Source: Camelus dromedarius
Lineage: Eukaryota
Assembly: GCF_036321535.1 (NCBI RefSeq)
Contig: NC_087459.1
Location: 27,838,001-27,902,000 of the forward strand
Reading direction: 5' to 3'
DNA: 64,000 bases
In this document: positions 45,340 to 59,479 of the stretch, in pieces
Layout: the number at the start of each line of letters is the position of its first letter
Numbering within the stretch: the first letter of the stretch is position 1
Program-made: the position numbers and the translations under genes
The notes under the pieces: generated by a model
Told to the model about the DNA's origin: nothing
The model's input: the letters and a program-made list of their open reading frames with translations, nothing else
The model's database searches: none

Positions 45340-46089
45340 GAAGGGGAGTGAAAATGAATAAATGCCTGGCGCTGCCCCCGCCTCTCCCATCAATATCACA
45401 TCCCTAGGTTCTCTCAGGTTCTGAGCAGAGCTACCTACAGCTTAGGATGCCACTCTTCGGAAGTCATCTGCAAAAAGAAGATGGACAGAGGAGACTCCTG
45501 CCTGCCCTCATCACAGGCAGGTACTGGAGGTCACCCCTCCACCTGCCCAGAGATTCTACACCACCACTGCCCCAGGATCACCAGGCCTGTTACTCACCTG
45601 GGGCCTGGGGTAGGTCCCCCAGATGTCTTAAGGGTCTGATTAGACCTTCAGGCCTGCAGCCCAGGGGGCTTGCATTCAGCACAGGACAGGCACCCTGGGG
45701 AGCCCTGAGTGGACCCAGCTCACAAAGCATGTGCATCTTTCATCCTCCGGGCTGATCCCATGGGAAGTCTGTGCAAATTCCCACCAACCTCCTCGAGAAA
45801 TTCCTGTCAAAGTATAATTTTCAAATGCGTTTTAAAAATTACTCATATAAACAGAACAAACATGTATCCAAGATTTATTACACTTCAAGGAGGAAACAGT
45901 TTGGCAGAGCCGGTTCGTAGACTATTTTGAGAAGCTGAGTAATGTTAGAATAAGATTGTGATTCTAGATGCAAAACTGGTTGATGCAGTTTTCTTCTCTG
46001 TGGGGTAGAAATCAACAAGTTAATAAGTGTCTGGGCTCTAACTGAATAATAAATACCAAAGTCAAACACAGGTCCTTTCCCCAAAATTA

Positions 46090-46278
46090 GCTATTGGCAG
46101 ACTTTTTCTGCAAAGGCCTGGGTTTGCAGGTTTGGGTCTCAGTTACCCTTGTAGCACAAAAATAGCCACAGACAAGTGAGGAAACAAATGGGCATGGCGT
46201 ACTCCTGTGAAATTTTGTGCACAAAAACAGGTGGCAGGCTTGATTTGGTCCCAAAGCCCTCACATTTTGACCATCTCT
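46090..46278. mobile_element. MER58A-like hAT MITE
   Basis: GGCAGACTTTTTCTGCAAAGG..TTGTAGCACAAAAATAGCCACAGAC..AATGGGCATGGC..CAAAAACAGGTGGCAGGCTTGATTTGG. Confidence 0.7.
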
Positions 46279-46758
46279 CCCTAGATATTTAAATAACCCT
46301 TGGTCCGTCCTGTTCAGCTATGCTCTGGTCTGGCATTGATATACCACGCAGTCCCACTGCCCCTTGTTTCCAAGGTTGGATAATGGTTGTTAGCATCCCT
46401 TGTTTCCAGCAGCCCCTTACATGTACAGTGGTGCCAGGCTGGCCTAGCTCCCTTAGATTTATGAAAAGATGGGAATGGTCTCTTGGCCTCCCCTTGGGAG
46501 ACACCAAAACTGAGCCACTGAAAACTTTGCGGGGGTGGGGAAAGCGGTGTTGACAATTTCTGGAGCCCAGGATCTTCTGTTGGTCTGGGAATCAAAGGGC
46601 AATTATGACCAGAACTCCCTAGAGAGGACAGACTTATACAGGGGCAGGGGGTGAAGCCCCTGCTGGTAAAAATCCTCTCCCCATGCAGTCCTTAGCCCAG
46701 TTAAAACCAGCCAGCCTCATCACCTCCAGGTCCCTGCAATCCTGGCAAGGGTAGCATC

Positions 46759-47064
46759 AGTCAACTGGAAAAAAAAAAAAAAAAAAGCACAATGTGAAAG
46801 TTGAGAATGATGTTTTGTTCAGAGGACATCCTGAGGACTTATGCCCATGCCCGGGTAACAGACTTAGACAATGCTGAGTGACAGTTCTGAAGAGGTAAGG
46901 GAGGGGCCAGGATATGTAGGAGTTTTACAAAACAAAGCAAGATTTTTTTCTCCATCCTGAATCCCCTCAGGGTGCACTGTTGGGGGTGGCTGTGGAGGCT
47001 GATGGCTTGATGGCCACAACACCCTTTGTTTACTTGATATGGCAGGTGACATTCTTTGTCTACA
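46759..47064 (-). mobile_element. ERV LTR-like element, copy 1 (internally shorter)
   Basis: Shares ordered blocks with copy 2: TCAACTGG-A-run, GAGGTAAGGGAGG..CCAGGATAT, TCCATCCTGA..CCCTCAGG, GAGGCTGATGGCTTGATGGC, TTTGTTTACT..TGGCAGG..TTTGTC; right end TACA. Confidence 0.55.
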
Positions 47065-47513
47065 CTGCCTAGGCCCAAACTTTCAGATGACCCAGAAGGT
47101 GCGGATTACAGCTTCAGGGCATCATAACTGTTACTGCCTTCTATTCCTCCCCAGTTAAAGAGGCCCCCACCCGCTTGGCCTGGGGGAGTTGAGGTTGGTG
47201 TGGGCCTCCGACAAAAGACAACTTTTCCTCCCAGGGCTCAAGTAGAAAATAGCCCTTCCCAGGAAGTGATGGTGGAAGCTCCAGATTTCTTTGGAGGCTC
47301 CTTGGCTGCCACCCATCCCTTAAGAAAAAAAGAAACGGCTGGGAAGCCATTAGGGCTCCAGTACCTAATGTGAGATCCCTGCCCCTGTGATTTTAAAGTG
47401 CTCTGGTAGGACCTTTATACTAAACTGTGCTCTGCAAAATATCAACTAATCAAAACAGAGACTCATATGTTTATCCCTCTGAGCGCCTCTCTCATGCCTG
47501 TGTTCCACACCTA

Positions 47514-47975
47514 TGTCAACTGGGGGAAAAAAAACCCCACACAACCTAAATGTTGGGAGTTATGTTTTATTTGGGGAACCTTATTGAGACTATAGTCCAG
47601 GAGACAGCCTCTCAGATCTCTCTGAGGAATTGTTCCAGAGAGGTAAGGGAGGAACCAGGATATATGAGCTTTTGCTGAAAACAAAACAAAAACATAGTCA
47701 AACATCAAAAGGTTACTGCTAATCACAAAGACAGACATCTCACTTTAACAATTTTAATGCTTTTCTGTGTTTGGGAAGATGCAAGAATTTGGACTCATTG
47801 AAATTATTTCTAATATGCATCTTAACTATCTGGGCCAGTATCCTGTTTTACTCCATCCTGAGTTCCCTCAGGACTCACCGTCAGCGGGCAGCTGCAGAGG
47901 CTGATGGCTTGATGGCTGACAATATTGTTTGTTTACTGAAGTGGCAGGCAACCTTTTTTTGTCCTTACCTGTATA
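47514..47975 (-). mobile_element. ERV LTR-like element, copy 2
   Basis: Left end TGTCAAC (TTGACA on minus), minus-strand AATAAA about 50 nt from that end, same blocks as copy 1 plus about 170 bp extra internal sequence. Right boundary uncertain. Confidence 0.6.
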
Positions 47976-48329
47976 CACCTCCCTCCTCCCCAGCCTTCAC
48001 CCAATTGCTCCCCTGACAAGAAGCTCACTAGGCCACAATCCATGGCAAGCCAGTGACAACCCAGCCAGGGGTCTTGTAGCAGTCCACCTTGGCAAGGGAC
48101 TTATCCATTCACAATAGTCTAGCTCAGAGGAGGCTTCTTTCGCGCCGTAGCCCCTCCCCCGCGCTGTCTCAGCCACACCTGCCCACTACCCTATGGCTCC
48201 ATTCTCCATTCAGGAGCCTCTTGCTGTGTACTCTTAGGGCACGTTTCCAAAGAGAGATCAAGGGGCATGGGGAATAGAAAGCAGAACATCTCAAGGTTTC
48301 CCCTTAGCCTGGATAAGGATGTCTCAGAC

Positions 48330-48612
48330 CCAACGGAGCCCGCAGCGTTCTGAGCACGTGCCAAAGTGCGCCCACAGTTGAGCACACGGAAGGAGCTTCC
48401 GGGTTTACGCATGCGCGGAGCCTCTCGCAAGCTTTTCTCGCGCCTGCGCAAGACCCTCCAATCCAATAGGGGGCAATAAACCGGTTCTCACACAGGTTTG
48501 GCACCGCCAGCGGAACCCGGAAGCAGCCGCTAACCCGGAAGTTGTTGGTTTGTAGGGTTTTGGTGGCGGTGGTGGCGGCAACTGTGGCTTTGGAGGCGGC
48601 TGCGGCGCTAGG
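48330..48612 (+). promoter_or_regulatory. POLR2J CpG-island housekeeping promoter
   Basis: E-box CACGTG 48355-48360, NRF1-like CGCATGCGC 48408-48416 and GCGCCTGCGCA 48440-48450, tandem CCAAT 48458-48467, ETS/GABP CCGGAAG 48517-48523 and CCGGAAGT 48535-48542. No TATA box seen. Confidence 0.8.
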
Positions 48613-52130
<3,518 letters not shown>

Positions 52131-52300
52131 CGGGCTGGAAGGAGTCTTGCTCAGCCAGTTCCTACCCTGCACGCAGCCCTTCTCCAGGCACTAAGTGGAC
52201 AAGAGCACGTCCTCCGGCTGTGGGCCTCCTTGTGGCGATTCCAGTGAGCCCCTCGCCCCCAACACTGGTGTGTCCTGCACAGAGTCTGTTTTATCTTGCT

Positions 52301-52306
52301 AATAAA
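52301..52306 (+). terminator. POLR2J proximal poly(A) signal AATAAA
   Basis: AATAAA about 170 nt after the TAA at 52128-52130. Confidence 0.7.
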
Positions 52307-52548
52307 GTATGGCTGGAAAAGACCCAGATGTGGATGGAAGCAGAGGCGACTTCATCGCAGATGGACTGTCAATTTGGTGGAGGTAGAGGTGATGGGGTGG
52401 CCATCTGAAGCAGAAGGCAACTGAAAACCCACGTGCTTCTGGGAATCTCTGCTCTAGAAGCCCCAGCTGCCACGTCTGCCTGACTTACTCAGTGTAGGGG
52501 CACCAGGTGGGGCCCACAAACAGTTCTCAGCCCTCTTATATAGTAGGG

Positions 52549-52554
52549 TTTAAT
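52549..52554 (-). terminator. LRWD1 poly(A) signal ATTAAA
   Basis: Plus-strand TTTAAT reads ATTAAA on minus, about 100 nt past the stop, followed on minus by GU-rich CTGTTTGTGG about 25-35 nt downstream. Confidence 0.6.
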
Positions 52555-52655
52555 AAAAGTATTCACCAATAATTAGATCCCTGTCATTACCCCCAAAGCT
52601 GAATAAGTTAAGTTGTGTCCCTGGTGCTTTGCAAGAGGCAGGTGCTCCCGCACAG

Positions 52656-55600
52656 TCAAGGCTGGTTTCTCCTCCAGATGGCGACAATGTTGGAGTCCGT
52701 CAGAGCGGTGAGGTAGGTGAAGGTGGAGTTGGCCACTACCATGTTCACCATAGTCCTGGTCACTGTCTGGCCCAGGGCCTGGGGCTGGGGCCACTTAAGG
52801 ATCTGATGGGAAGACAGAGGGGGCTGGGCTCCTGCTTCTTGATCCAGGCCCCTCTGCCGCACCCGCCCCATCGGGGGAGAGGTGCGAGCCGTGCATACCT
52901 GCGTGGGGGGCTGTGGGGCTGCGAGCAGTGGAGGCTGCTGCGCTAGGATGTGCCGGACATCGTAGAGCCACACGTTGCCCTCCTCATCCCCACAGAGCAC
53001 AGTCCCCTCATCTGCCAGGACAGAGATTGGAATCTAAGGTGGGGCAGAGCTCCCAGAGGTGGGGCGGGGATGGGGCAGGTGGGCGACTCACCAGGACAGG
53101 TGCTGAGTGAGAAGTAGGCCAGCTCGGTGAGCGACCACTGCAGCTGAGCCAGGACCACCACCGCCACCGTGGACTGGCTGCCCCGGCTCCCCCATGTCTG
53201 GCTCCAGCTCCACAGGCAGATGGTGCCCAGGCCACTCCCCTTGGAGGCTGTTGGAAGAGTGAAGAACGGAGCCTGGCAATTCCTCTCCCACAGTGGGGAC
53301 CCCTCAGAAGCCCTTGGACCTAAACCCCAGCCCATGGAGAAGTGACCCCCCCGGAAGGCCTGACCACGGCCCATCTGGGTCCCAGGAGGCCAGCCTGTCC
53401 CCTAAGCAGGGCTCACTCACCCACGACATCCTCATTAACAAACGCCAGCCCATCTACTCTCCGTCCAGATGCCTCAGAGCCCTCAGAGAAGACAAACTCC
53501 ACTTCACACACCCTGCGGGGCAACAGAAGATGCTGGTCAGCTAAGAAGGCTGCACAAACAAAAAGCTGCTCACTCATTCAAATATCCACTGGGCACTTAT
53601 TCTGGGCCTGCCTTCTGTTCCAGGCCCTGGAAGGGGGAGCCCGCGCCTGAGTGTACTGAGTGACAGGTGGTGGGATCTTAGAAGCATGAGGGGCTAGTTT
53701 TTCTGGGATAGGGGTAGGGGTGTGGCCAGGAAGAGTTCTGGAATGAGGCAGTGCCTCTGGGGCTGACCGAGATGAGCAGTTCCCCAGGAAGGCAGGCAGG
53801 TGTTTCTAGGCTGAGGGCTGGAGGCCTGAGAAGGGAGAAATTGGGGAGGGGTCTGCTCTGACCCTGAAGACAGTGGGGAGTGGCTGCTGAATGCTTCCAA
53901 GCTGAATAGTGTGTCTGGGGTCACACTGCTTAGAAAGGCTAGCCAGCAGCTGCCCGGAGTCCTGGAGAGGCTACCTGGGGTCAGAAAGGCAGCCGAGTAC
54001 CAACCATGAGAAGCAGACACATGTAAGATGTGGGGGAGAAGCCACTGGACTTGGGCACCAGGCAGACATGAGTGTGCAGGGAGGGAGGAGGCGGGTCCAG
54101 GGCTGAACTCCCCTGTGTGGCACGGGGCCCCACCAACACCTGGCTTGATAGCTGCCACAGTCTGTGCTAAGGCATTGTGACAAGTTACAAGTCCCTCCAG
54201 CCACCCACCCTAAAATCCTTCCCAGGCTATTCCCTGCTCTTTGGATAAAATTCAAGATCTTACCATGGCCCACAGAGCTGGTGTCCCCTGGCCCAGGCAG
54301 CTTTGCCAACTTGCCCTGTGCCATTCCCTATGGTTTTCCAAGCTGCTGCCAGAGCTCCCTGGTCAGTCAGCTCTCCCCGCCACTGGCCCTTTGCACATGC
54401 TGTTCCCTCTGTGTGAGCACCTTCCCTCCCTCTGCCCGCCTGATTCCCTCACAGGGCTGACATAGAGAGGATAAGCCTGAGGACCTGTCTGTCCGCCACC
54501 AGTCACCTCAGAGTCCCCTCGGCCTCCCTGCTCCCCTCAGAGCACCTTACTTTCCTTCATAGTTGACATCAATCACACTTTGTGGCATTTTAATGCCTGT
54601 CTTCCAGACTAGGCTGTGGGCCCCATGAGGGTACCCCCTGCCAAGCACTGTCTGAGGCCTTCCGGTGGTTCGGATGAGCCGCAAGCCTCAACCTGGCCTT
54701 TCCGGGGCCTCGTTCCTGCCCAGGCACTGTTCCCTTCCCCTCCACTAGCCCTGGGATGTGAGTTACTGTCTCCACTTCACAGATGAGGAAATCACATTGG
54801 ACAGAGGAAAGTCATATCGTGGGTGAGTGGGAGGACCCAGGCAGAAGTGAAGGCCCGGGTTGAAAGGGAGGTGATCACAGCCCAGGAGGCAACAGACCAG
54901 CCCAGGGGCCCTTCCCCGAGAGACGAGCAGGAGGTGGGAACAGGACAGCTCTCTGAAGAGGCCCCTGAAAACAGCCCCCAGGACAGGGGGCGTGGTTTGG
55001 CACAACCCCTGGCAGGTGTCCCTGGGGAAACACACCTGGACTGGCAGCCATCCAGCTCCAAGGATTGGCTTTCAAGGCATCCCTGCCTGTTCTCACCTCC
55101 TCTTTTGAGGCTGGTCCAGCCGCACGTCCCAGCAGCAGCAGCCACCCTCACAGCCGGCCAGCAGGTAGGTATCTGGGCAGGAGGCGACGGGGCAGAGGCG
55201 CAGGGCGATGGAGGTGGCATCCAGTGTAAGCAGCTGGCTGCCGGCCGGTGAGGGAGAACGTGAAACCACAGACTCAGGTGTCCACCTNNNNNNNNNNNNN
55301 NNNNNNNNNNNNNNNNNNNNNNNNNNNNNNNNNNNNNNNNNNNNNNNNNNNNNNNNNNNNNNNNNNNNNNNNNNNNNNNNNNNNNNNNNNNNNNNNNNNN
55401 NNNNNNNNNNNNNNNNNNNNNNNNNNNNNNGGAAGGAGAGACGTGGCCCTGAGGAGGCCCTGCTCCCTCCTGCAGCTGCATCCCAGGCTGAGACTGTGGT
55501 CCCAGGGCAGGGAGGGAGGGCGGGCCACGGCTGGGAGACAGAAGACTCCGGGGCCTATCATCCTTATCTTGCTCTAACCTAACGTGCCCCAGACCAGGCA

Positions 55601-58600
55601 GCCATGTCTCGCAGGCCTCTGCTCAGGTATCACCCTTGCTGGGCTGGCTCGCCACACCTGGAGAGCCGGGGTAACCACCCAGCTCACAGACAGAGTGGCC
55701 CAGCTTGCTGGGAACCTCCAAGGCCACAGAGCAGGTTTTGGGGAAAGACAGAATCAGTCAGTCGTCCATGAAGCCATGTTGCTTCTACCAGCCTGAGTCA
55801 AACTCAGAGCCTGGCGTGAGGCCCGCCAGCCACAGGAGCTGCCTGCCACCCCAGGGAGGGAGCCTTGAGGCGTCCGGCTGCAGATCACAGGTGCTGAGGG
55901 AGCCCTGGGGGTGCAGGGAGAGGGTCTTACTGAAGAGGTGGGTCTCATGGGTGGGGCTGAAGCAGAGGGTGGCGATGGCCTTCTTGTGGGCCCGGATGAC
56001 CCCACAGCAGAAGCCAGCACGCACGTGCAGCAGCCGGACCAAGCCACGCAGGCCAGCAGCTGCCAGCACGCTCCAGCGCTTCTTGTGGCCAGCCTGTGTG
56101 ACCACCATCAGGGCCGTCCAGGCCACTGAGAAGAACTCCTGGGGAGGGGAGGGGAGCGGTCACGCATGTGCATGTGCCTGCAGGGCCAGGCCAGGGAAAC
56201 TGTGGCCTGGCGTCAAAGAAAAGGGCCACCTGGTGAACAGGTGGCAGAGTCTGGACTGCGACCCCAGCACTCCTGCCCCTGGGAGCTGAGGCTCCGCTGG
56301 ACACCCTGCCGGCACGGGGCCCCGGAACTCACCTCACCAGGCGCCTTGTATTTGTGCAGCACCATGCCCGTCTGGCAGTCGATCACACACACGGCCTCCC
56401 CGCCACACGTGGCCACGGTCTGGGAAGTGGCCCCTGCCTGCCCTGTTTTGAGGGGTCAGCCTGGTGAAACGTCCTCTGTAAGGTTCCCCACTGCAGCTCC
56501 GCCTCCTGCCCTTGATGACACTTTTCAAGCTCTCTGTTCCTCCTGCCCCCGAATCCCCCATCCACCCAGGCCACCCCCTTCAGCTGGCATCCCCAGGCCC
56601 CCTGCCCAGGATGCTTGTTCTGATTGTTCCCTGTGGCCCTTGCCCTGCCTGCCCACCAAGGGTGTACCCTCCTCCCAGGCCGGCTCGAAGGCGCAGGCCC
56701 AGAGCTGGGTGTCCAGGTCCTGAGGACTGTTGTTCTTGCTGTGGCATTGCAGGAAGTGCAGGGGCTCCAGCTGCAGGGCAGGCTGTGGGGGAAGGGGGGG
56801 GTCACAGCGGTCCCAGCCCTTGCTCCCGCCACACACTCCCTTCCACCCTGCTAGCTTACCTGGCTGCCATCAGGGCCCATGGGGCTGCCCTCCACCTGGG
56901 CCAACGGGGAGGTGCACACCCGCTTGTTGGGAGAGAGGCTGAGTGGGACATCGCCCAGCCGTTTCGAGGCCACTGGCCTGATCTGTGGAAGGGGCAGGGG
57001 GACAGGCAGGCAGGTTGAGGGCCTGGTGACCATGGGCCCATCTGCCCAGGACTTCCTTCCTCCCCATCAGAGGCTGGACTGTGCCCTCCCACGAGTACAG
57101 GAGGCAAGGGCTGGCCTAGGGTCAGAAGTAACCAGCTCAGGGATTGGAGGCCATTTCCTGGGCTCATTTCCACGACACTTGCTTCCCTGCTGCCTCCCTG
57201 GGCAGGAAGGGCCATAGCAGGCCCTGGGAGCTCCCCGGAACTCACCCTGGGTTCCAGTGTAGCTGTAACTTGGGGGGGCTTCTCTGGGACGTCAGCCTCA
57301 TGCACCTGAGCCCTACCAGAGGCCACCAGTTCCTCAGAGATCATCCGCACCTAGGTGGGGCCAGGCCATCAGGAAGCTGGGCACAGTCCCGGGGGCCTCT
57401 AGCCCCTGCCCAGACTCCTAGTCAGAGGGTGCTTTCCGAGTTGGCAAAGAGCATTTCCAGCCAGCAGGGCTGCCCTCCCTGACCTGCCCCACTCCCCATA
57501 TCCCCTTGTGGCCAGAGTCTTCCACGGTGGCTCAGGCTGCAGGAACCAGGGAGGAGCTGTGAGAACCGACTCCCAGCACAGCAGGCTGAGGACATACCCG
57601 CCACTGGGTGAAGTCGCTGAGAGAGTCGGGCCCGTAGCGGACATCCCGGACAGCAGACTTCACAAAGTCTGCCTGGGCCTTTTCCGCCCCCTCCTCTGGG
57701 CTCAGTGCGGCCATGAACTTCTCCCAGTGAGCTGTAACCTGGCATGAAAGGGACCAGATTCAGGCCCAGCCCACCCCAGCTCTCCTGGACCCTCCATGGC
57801 ACCTCTGCCTCCAATCTCATGGCCAGAGGTTATCTCAACCTCACCTCCTGGAAGCCTCCCTGAACCACAGACTCCTTAGCTGCAAGTGGTACAAACCCAA
57901 GCAACACACAAAGAGAAACTGCCCCAGAAGGGAGGAGCTGGCCCAGAGTTAAGTCACCAAGAAAGTGTCCCAGCCTTCCCTGCCAGGCCCTGCCTGCACA
58001 CGCAGAGGGTAGGACCTCCAAGAACAAGAGGCCAAGCACCACAGCCAGGCTCAGAGTAACAGGTCAGGCTAGGGGCTCAGGGCTGCTCACAGTTGGGGCA
58101 GAGAGCCCCTGTAACCCCCGTTAGTGTCCTCCAAATGTCTAATTCTGTCACTTGCTCCTGGAGGCCCCTGAATGCTCACCAGCAACACCTCCCTGCCCCT
58201 TACCCTGATGGTCAACTCCCGGTTCAAGTTCTCCACCTGAGAGCAAGTTGAGGAAGCATCCTTGCCGTTGACCTTACGGAGCTTGGGCAGGAGGAAGGAA
58301 ACTTTCAGGTTGTCACTGACCTGGAGGATGAGAGAAGAGAGGCTTGGGGTCGCCCCAGCCTAGGGCTCAGGGGTTGCTGAGCCCCAGCCCACAGACTGCT
58401 GGCCCTGGATGTGGGGCCGCTGGGAGCCATCACTTACTGTCAGGAAGGGGTTGCCCTCCAAGCTGAGCTCCTCGAGCTGTGGGAACTGGCACAGCGCGGT
58501 GACATCACCCAGCTGGTTGTTGGCACAATGGAGGATGCGCAGGTGGGACAGGCCCAGGTTTGCGGGCAGCGTCTCCAGTTGGTTGTTGGAGAGGTCCAGC

Positions 58601-59261
58601 TCTTGCAGCTGCTTCAGGCGGCTCAGGAGCTTGGGGTCCAAGTGCTCTGAGAGCAGCTTCAGCCCTGATAGGCTGGGGAGGAGGCAGACAAGGAGGGTTC
58701 AGGGGGCAGGCAGGCCTCTCACCCCACACCTGTGGTAGCCAATGGCGCCTCCAAAGGCGTTTTCACTTGACATGTCTTGCTCATGCGGAGCCTCTCCTCC
58801 AAATCCCCCCCACCTTATTTTAATTTTGTAACTATTTTAGAACTCGGGGGAGCTGGCCTCCTCCAGGATGCTTTTCCTGATCCTCTAGGGGGGCTCCTCT
58901 GTGCTTTCCAGGTCCTCTGAAAATATCTCAACAGGTTGCTCCATACTTTTTCTGCAAGATTGTCTCCCTAGCAGCGCAGGCCCTTTTCTGGGGTAATGCC
59001 GCTCCGGGCCCATGGCCCAACTTATGGCGAGGACGGCGTTTGGCTCCAGTGATTAGAGACTCTGTGGAGCCAACAGGGCTATAACCGGGTCGACCAACGA
59101 AAAGAGAAGGGTCTCAGCCTATTTTCCCGACCATCCCGCGACCCAGGCCCGGGTGGCTGGCTGTGTGGCCCCGGCCCTTACTCCAGGCTCCGGATCTTTC
59201 CCAGCCGGTCGCTCTTGGGTCGCCCCCGCTGGATCAGCAGCCGCGCCGAGAGGGGGCCCAT
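52656..59261 (-). CDS. LRWD1: Leucine-rich repeat and WD repeat-containing protein 1 (ORCA), about 648 aa; exon 10 hidden in an assembly gap
   Basis: Minus-strand exons 59261-59182, 58672-58438, 58320-58204, 57738-57598, 57350-57246, 56982-56860, 56782-56668, 56433-56333, 56138-55931, [exon 10 inferred within Ns 55288-55430], 55237-55097, 53512-53421, 53247-53092, 53011-52899, 52802-52656. MGPLSARLLIQRGRPKSDRLGKIRSLDLSGL.., LRRs QELDLSNNQLETLP and LEELSLEGNPFL, WD region LWACAFEP, VATCGGEAVCVIDC, LCGDEEGNVWLYD, TDSNIVAIW. The length assumes a 73-nt exon 10. Confidence 0.95.
54150..54670 (+). mobile_element. L2 LINE fragment in LRWD1 intron 11
   Basis: TGGATAAAATTCAAGATCTTACCATGGCCCACAG..CCCTTTGCACATGCTGTTCCCTCTG..CTAGGCTGTGGGCCCCATGAGGG. 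Confidence 0.55.
55288..55430. other. Assembly gap (143 N)
   Basis: Run of N between LRWD1 exons 9 and 11. Confidence 0.99.
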
Positions 59262-59479
59262 GGCGAGGAGGCGCGGCCCGCGTTGACCGGATCGGCGGCA
59301 CTGGAGTCCTGGAGCTGGCGCCAGCGGCTGGCCGAGTCCAGGAGGTGGCGCCGCGCGAATCGGTCGGCGGCGACGACCGGAAGGAAGTATCCTGGAGGAG
59401 CTCATGCCCTGCTCTTGGACTACAACTCCCAGCGGCCCCCGCGGCCCCGCTCCTGCGCCCTGGGTGCCAGGACGCGGTA
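59262..59479. promoter_or_regulatory. LRWD1/ALKBH4 bidirectional CpG promoter
   Basis: Head-to-head ATGs 218 bp apart (59261 on minus, 59480 on plus); CpG-rich; CCGGAAGGAAGT (ETS/GABP) 59377-59388; ACTACAACTCCCAG (ZNF143/THAP11-type) 59419-59432. Confidence 0.88.

Noticed and set aside
55281-55287. AG|GTGGAC on the minus strand at the gap edge as the LRWD1 exon 10 donor
   Set aside because: The phase fits, but it would leave a 48-nt intron, below the usual mammalian minimum. The real donor is more likely inside the gap.
52656-59479. miRNA hairpins annotated in or near human LRWD1
   Set aside because: I could not identify matching sequence or a convincing hairpin by eye, so none is called.
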